Shown here piece by piece: positions 33,301-36,075 of a stretch of DNA of 36,075 nt. Each line of letters starts with the position of its first letter. Position 1 is the stretch's first letter. The notes under the pieces are model-generated. The model worked only from the letters and a program-made list of their open reading frames with translations. It searched no databases and had not been told where the DNA came from. The stretch comes from Guillardia theta CCMP2712. Taxonomy: Eukaryota > Protista > Cryptophyta. A program made the position numbers and the translations under genes. The stretch covers positions 222,390 to 258,464 of the forward strand of contig NW_005434573.1 of the NCBI RefSeq assembly GCF_000315625.1. The letters are read 5' to 3'.

Positions 33301-35472
33301 ATGGCGGAAGGACCAGAGCAAGTACGTCTCCTCCTCCTCCTCCTCCTCCTCCTCCGATCTTTCTCTTGCTTATCTTATGCATGAATCTCTTCCCTCTCCT
33401 TGCTCTAGTTCCTGATCCTCGATCGATCAATCGTTTCAACGATCCCTCCTGTAATCTGGATCCGCTCAATCCTGTTCCTGTTTTGATTGTTCGCTCCTCT
33501 TCGACCAAGTTCCTCTTAGATACAAGACATTCCACAATGATAACTCATGTCTGGTCTAATATCGCTGATCTCTCGCTGATCTCTCGCACATCCTGCGGAT
33601 TTCTGCCCACTACTCGTGAGGGAGGCGCTGCATCCTTGCTGAGTTTCGGATCAGGTGAAGCATGTACGGGCGGAGCAGGATGGAGCTCTGGCAGAGGTTG
33701 TGTCGAAGAGCCTTGGGGCAAGCATGCAGCATGCGACGGAGCTCATCCGTCTCGGGGCAGTTTACGTCGACCGAGTACGAGCGACGATGGACGGGGAGGA
33801 GGAGGTGTTGGTCAAGAAAGACGCCTATGTCCGGATCCACTCGAGGTCAGTACGAGGGGAGTGAGGGGAGCACGCGGTGAACGAGAAAGAGAGGGTGGGG
33901 GATGGAGCAGGGAGGAGGGGTGGAGACTGCAGGTCATGACAAGAGACTCAGTCCCAGGAGGTTTCATGTAGCGCGGGAGGTGGACTGGAGGAAAAGGATC
34001 GTCAAGGAGCATGAGGATTATGTGGTCGTCAACAAGCCGGGGGGGTACCCGTGCATGCTTCCCTTGACAATCGGCTCGAGACCGTCTGCTCCTGCGCCGC
34101 TCGGGTCCTTGGCTGCCGTGAGCTGACAGCCATGCATCGGTGGGAGGCGCCTGAAGCTGCGGGCGACTGAGGAGGTGAGCACAGGTTGGACGTGCCCACC
34201 CACGGGCTGCTCGTGCTGGGGAAGCGCTCGGAGTTTGTCTCACGGTTCAACCGGCTGCTGCGAGAACATCAGGTGTCCAAGGTTGGCCCTCGTCCCCGCC
34301 CCTCTCTGCTAGTGACCCTGCCGCCAGGAGTACAAGGCCCTGGTGCTGGGCCATCCTCCCCTCGGAGAGCTGGTGCACTACATGGAGCCGTCAAAGAGGT
34401 CGCCCAAGGTGAGGGCGAGTCTGGATGCTGCGTGTGCTGGACGGGACGGAGTTGGATCCTCAGGTGCTGGACACAGCGGCCAGGGAGGGATGGTTGGAGT
34501 GCAGGCTCGTCGTCAAGGTAGGAAGCTCTGCCCGACAGCAGAGACCTGACGGCGAAGTAGTCGGCGAGTAGGAGGGAGACTGCGAGCCTGTCGGAGCGAG
34601 CGGCCTCTGTCTTGCAACAACAGGTGAGAAGGAGGGCCTGCTGCGGAGAACATTTCCAACGATAGCACAGAGCAGAGTTAGGGATGAGAAGCAGGCAGAT
34701 GCTGAGGAGGATAAATCGCCCTTGGAGGTCTACGAGGTCGCTGGAATCTGCTGAGAGCATGTTCTCAACCCCTCTCCTCAGGTTCGCATCGAACTCATCA
34801 CAGGACGGACCCATCAGATCCGAGCCCAGGTCCCCCTCCTCTCCTGCTTGTCAGCGGCCTCCCCTGCTATCATGCGAACCCCACCCCACCCCTGTGCTGA
34901 CGATCTGCCTTCTATCCTATCCTGCTTCACTGAATGATATTCCTCCTCCTCCTCCTCCTCCTCCATCACTTTACCTTGACTTGGTCGTAACGGTTGAACA
35001 GATGGCCTTTGCTGGCTGCCCAGTCGTAGGGGATGAGATGTACGGAATTGGCGGAAGCAGTGGCGATCTACTGCAAGAGGAGACAAGGAGGGAGTTCAGC
35101 ATGGACGTAGAGGCGAAGACTAGGGCGAGGACGATGGAGGCAAGTGCGAGGGAGGGTAGACCAAACTACATGACATGCAGGACAGGCTGAAGGCACCCTG
35201 GCACTGCAAGCATGTCGCCTTGTCCTGCCGGACATGATGGGCAAGGGCGTGTCAGAAGAGCGGGGGGATTCGAAGAGGAGGAAGTGCGAGAGATCGGAGG
35301 ACAAGGACGCGAAGCCCGATGGGGAAGCGGAGGAAGGCACGAGGTTCACTTCCTCTTCTCTTGAGTCGCTCCCTCTTCTCTGAACCCGACGAACAGGTCC
35401 CCGTCCTTGTCAGGCCAGCAGATCTTTGAGTTGAAGTTGGCATGGTGGGATCAAGAGAAGTTGCAAGAATGA
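33301..35472 (+). CDS. RluA-family RNA pseudouridine synthase with N-terminal S4-like domain; 1-nt frameshift in the assembly at G7 (34039-34045)
   Basis: ELIRLGAVYV..YVRIH|PRRF..YVVVNKPGG[frameshift]VPVHASLDNRLE..MHR|LDVPTHGLLVLGK..|EYKALV..|IELITGRTHQIRAQ|MAFAGCPVVGDEMYG..ALQACRL..FELKLAWW*; the catalytic HRLD motif spans an intron. Confidence 0.88.
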
Positions 35473-35521
35473 GGACATGTTGCCTACTCCTGTACATACA
35501 CTTGTATTTTGCTGCTCTTGC

Positions 35522-35727
35522 CTAGATGGTCTTGTTACTTTTCTCTGCCTCCTCCTTCCTTACCTTGCATTGTTTACAGGCCTCCTGCTCATAGTCTGTC
35601 CAGTTGAACTGCAAGGGGTTGAGCATAGAGCGAGCAAGTAACAACTGACTCACGAGTTTCTTCAGACAGTTGCAACAATACTCCTCGTGATGATCGAAAC
35701 CATCAGCACCGCAAACCTGAGGGTCAT
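35522..35727 (-). CDS. 3' exons of a Cys-rich hypothetical gene whose 5' part lies further right, probably beyond the window
   Basis: Exons 35654-35727 (DPQVCGADGFDHHEEYCCNCLKKL) and 35522-35608 (FNWTDYEQEACKQCKVRKEEAEKSNKTI*) with a 45-nt GTGAGT..TGCAG intron. Confidence 0.5.
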
Positions 35728-35859
35728 CTAGAAGAAGAGGGCGTCATCGTTCATTGGTTGTATGTTCACACTCTCCTCATCCTCTAAACATCATTACTAT
35801 CACCACCACCACCGCAGTAAAAAGTGATTGTCGTCGTAGTCATCGTCTTCCTCTTCCTC

Positions 35860-36048
35860 TCCCACCACCACCTCCACCACCTCCACCACCTCCACCACCT
35901 CCACCACAACCTCCTCCTCCTCCTCCTCCTCCTCCTCCTCCTCCTCCTCCTCTGCTCCTCCTCCTCCGCTCCTCCTCCTCCTCCTCCTCCTCCTCCTCCT
36001 CCTCCTCCTCCTCCTCCTCCTCCTCCTCCTCCTCCTCCTCCTCCTCCT
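35860..36048. repeat. (CCA/CCT)n microsatellite tract
   Basis: Direct reading. Confidence 0.95.
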
Positions 36049-36075
36049 CTGTGGTTTAGCCCAGGTTGATGGTCG

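Noticed and set aside
7979-35472. Functional gene cluster (DPH1, V-ATPase, POLA1, purM, RluA)
   Set aside because: These are unrelated housekeeping functions with no evidence of a shared pathway.
35754-36069. Poly-Pro/Ser/Leu ORFs here and at 2370-2694 and 18473-19094
   Set aside because: They are translations of microsatellites or antisense shadows of real genes.

Overview
Intron-rich eukaryotic nuclear DNA with many ~45-60 nt GT-AG introns and purine- or pyrimidine-skewed microsatellites; the style suggests a cryptophyte alga such as Guillardia theta (inference). Most entries in the ORF track are spurious, and the real genes appear only after manual splicing. Confident genes: DPH1 (-), V-ATPase proteolipid c'' (+), a GT14/DUF266 core-2/I-branching-like glycosyltransferase (+), an RWP-RK transcription factor (-), DNA polymerase alpha catalytic subunit (+), a Bacteroidota-type AIR synthetase PurM split into ~19 exons (-), and an S4-like/RluA pseudouridine synthase with a frameshift in a G7 run (+). 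Several lineage-specific hypothetical genes are also present, including a 74-aa three-exon microprotein. Highlights: (1) the apparently horizontally acquired, intron-colonised purM; (2) ~14 consecutive gene models that strictly alternate strand, with very short tail-to-tail gaps and head-to-head gaps built from an AT-rich core flanked by G/C-run, GTAC-rich arms; (3) a GT14-like enzyme with no visible membrane anchor and a duplicated acidic-motif exon; (4) a GC-rich, hairpin-dense element preceded by a tandem duplication at the window start. I did not find a clear-cut novel multi-gene system. Exon boundaries were read by eye and need RNA-seq confirmation.
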